From: a virus
Taxonomy: Duplodnaviria; Heunggongvirae; Uroviricota; Caudoviricetes
Virus record (IMG/VR): IMGVR_UViG_3300029725_000197
Direction: 5' to 3' (one strand)
Length of the DNA: 64,000 nt
The position numbers and the translations under genes were made by a program. The notes under the pieces are model-generated. The model searched no databases. It was not told the DNA's origin and worked only from the letters and a program-made list of their open reading frames with translations. Each line of letters begins with the position of its first letter. Position 1 is the first letter of the stretch. Of the stretch, positions 63,491 to 64,000 are shown in pieces.

Positions 63491-63580
63491 GAATATCCGA
63501 AATAAAAGAAGCCCACTTGGTTACCATCCGGCTTGCTTAAAGCGTAGCAGGCAGGAACGGAAACCAGGTGGGCTTTTTTC
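63491..63580 (+). terminator. terminator (AAGCCCACTTGGTT…AACCAGGTGGGCTTTTTT)
   Basis: Long-loop hairpin plus T6. Confidence 0.45.
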
Positions 63581-63766
63581 AACAATCAAATAAGTGAGCT
63601 TTTTGCACCGATATTTAGGTCATCAATTTTCGAGTTGATGGCCTGTTTTTTGCGCCTGAAAACATAGAAACACTATATGCAGTAGTCAATGATTATTTTA
63701 TACCGATATATTGTGTTTTGCCGAAGAGATGCGTAGTAAAGGAAATTTCTATATCCAAACGGTGGA

Positions 63767-64000
63767 TCAGAAACCTACATGAGCGACCTCGTCATACAGC
63801 TTCGGGGGCTTCTTCTCCACTCGCTTGCGCTCGATGCTGCCGACCACCGCACACTGACCATCACAAGCGGCCTGCATGGTATCGGCATCCTGCTCCTGCG
63901 CCATCTGTTCCGATACTGCAACCATGCCCCCACCTGACAGTTCCACTTTATAATAGGGTTCCTTTACAAAGTTCTGGATTTTAGCCTGCCGCTCAGTCAA
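63767..64000 (-). CDS. 3' end of a minus-strand gene continuing past the window (hypothetical)
   Basis: Open frame to the window edge. Convergent with the upstream element. Confidence 0.3.
   Translation of the reverse strand: MTERQAKIQNFVKEPYYKVELSGGGMVAVSEQMAQEQDADTMQAACDGQCAVVGSIERKRVEKKPPKLYDEVAHVGF

Overview
The window is almost entirely one siphovirus-type prophage of a Firmicutes/Clostridia-like host. Body GC is about 55-58 % and nearly all genes are on the + strand. Gene order:

- **Replication and early module:** DUF932, VRR-NUC, an SNF2 helicase interrupted by an in-frame TAA, an ArpU-like regulator, an orphan MazF/PemK-like toxin, a prim-pol/D5/P4 primase-helicase, and an ori-like repeat region.
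- **SAM/methylation module:** phage MetK, HNH endonuclease, a ParB-N6/N4 methyltransferase and a 709-aa C5 methyltransferase.
- **Accessory island (14.7-23.5 kb):** two amidoligase (GS-like Amidoligase_2) paralogs, two GGCT/AIG2-like genes, a DUF4314-like and a DUF3846-like gene, and about nine small acidic ORFs. Most are preceded by a copy of one repeated sigma70 promoter/operator/leader cassette (10 copies in the window).
- **Structural and lysis module:** TerS(P27)/TerL, HK97-type portal, ClpP protease, major capsid protein and head-tail connector, major tail protein, an SPFH/band-7 moron flanked by identical hairpins, a tail-assembly chaperone with an A_AAA_AAC -1 frameshift, an AT-rich AbiEi/AbiEii abortive-infection cassette inserted before a 1969-aa tape-measure gene, Dit, Tal, two paralogous fibre proteins with C-terminal SGNH esterase domains separated by a G10 tract, then holin, an SH3/LysM protein, a Spo0A_C-like gene and an amidase+glucosaminidase endolysin.
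- **Right end and neighbour:** two tandem large serine recombinases and a junction carrying a candidate ~250-nt sRNA. After that comes a second small integrative element (XRE repressor, two operators, AAA_25 ATPase, a third serine recombinase and duplicated C-terminal-domain ORFs).

The best candidates for an undescribed system are the amidoligase/GGCT cluster and the cassette-driven small-protein array. No tRNA or CRISPR was recognised. All calls come from reading the sequence and remembered family motifs; no searches were run.
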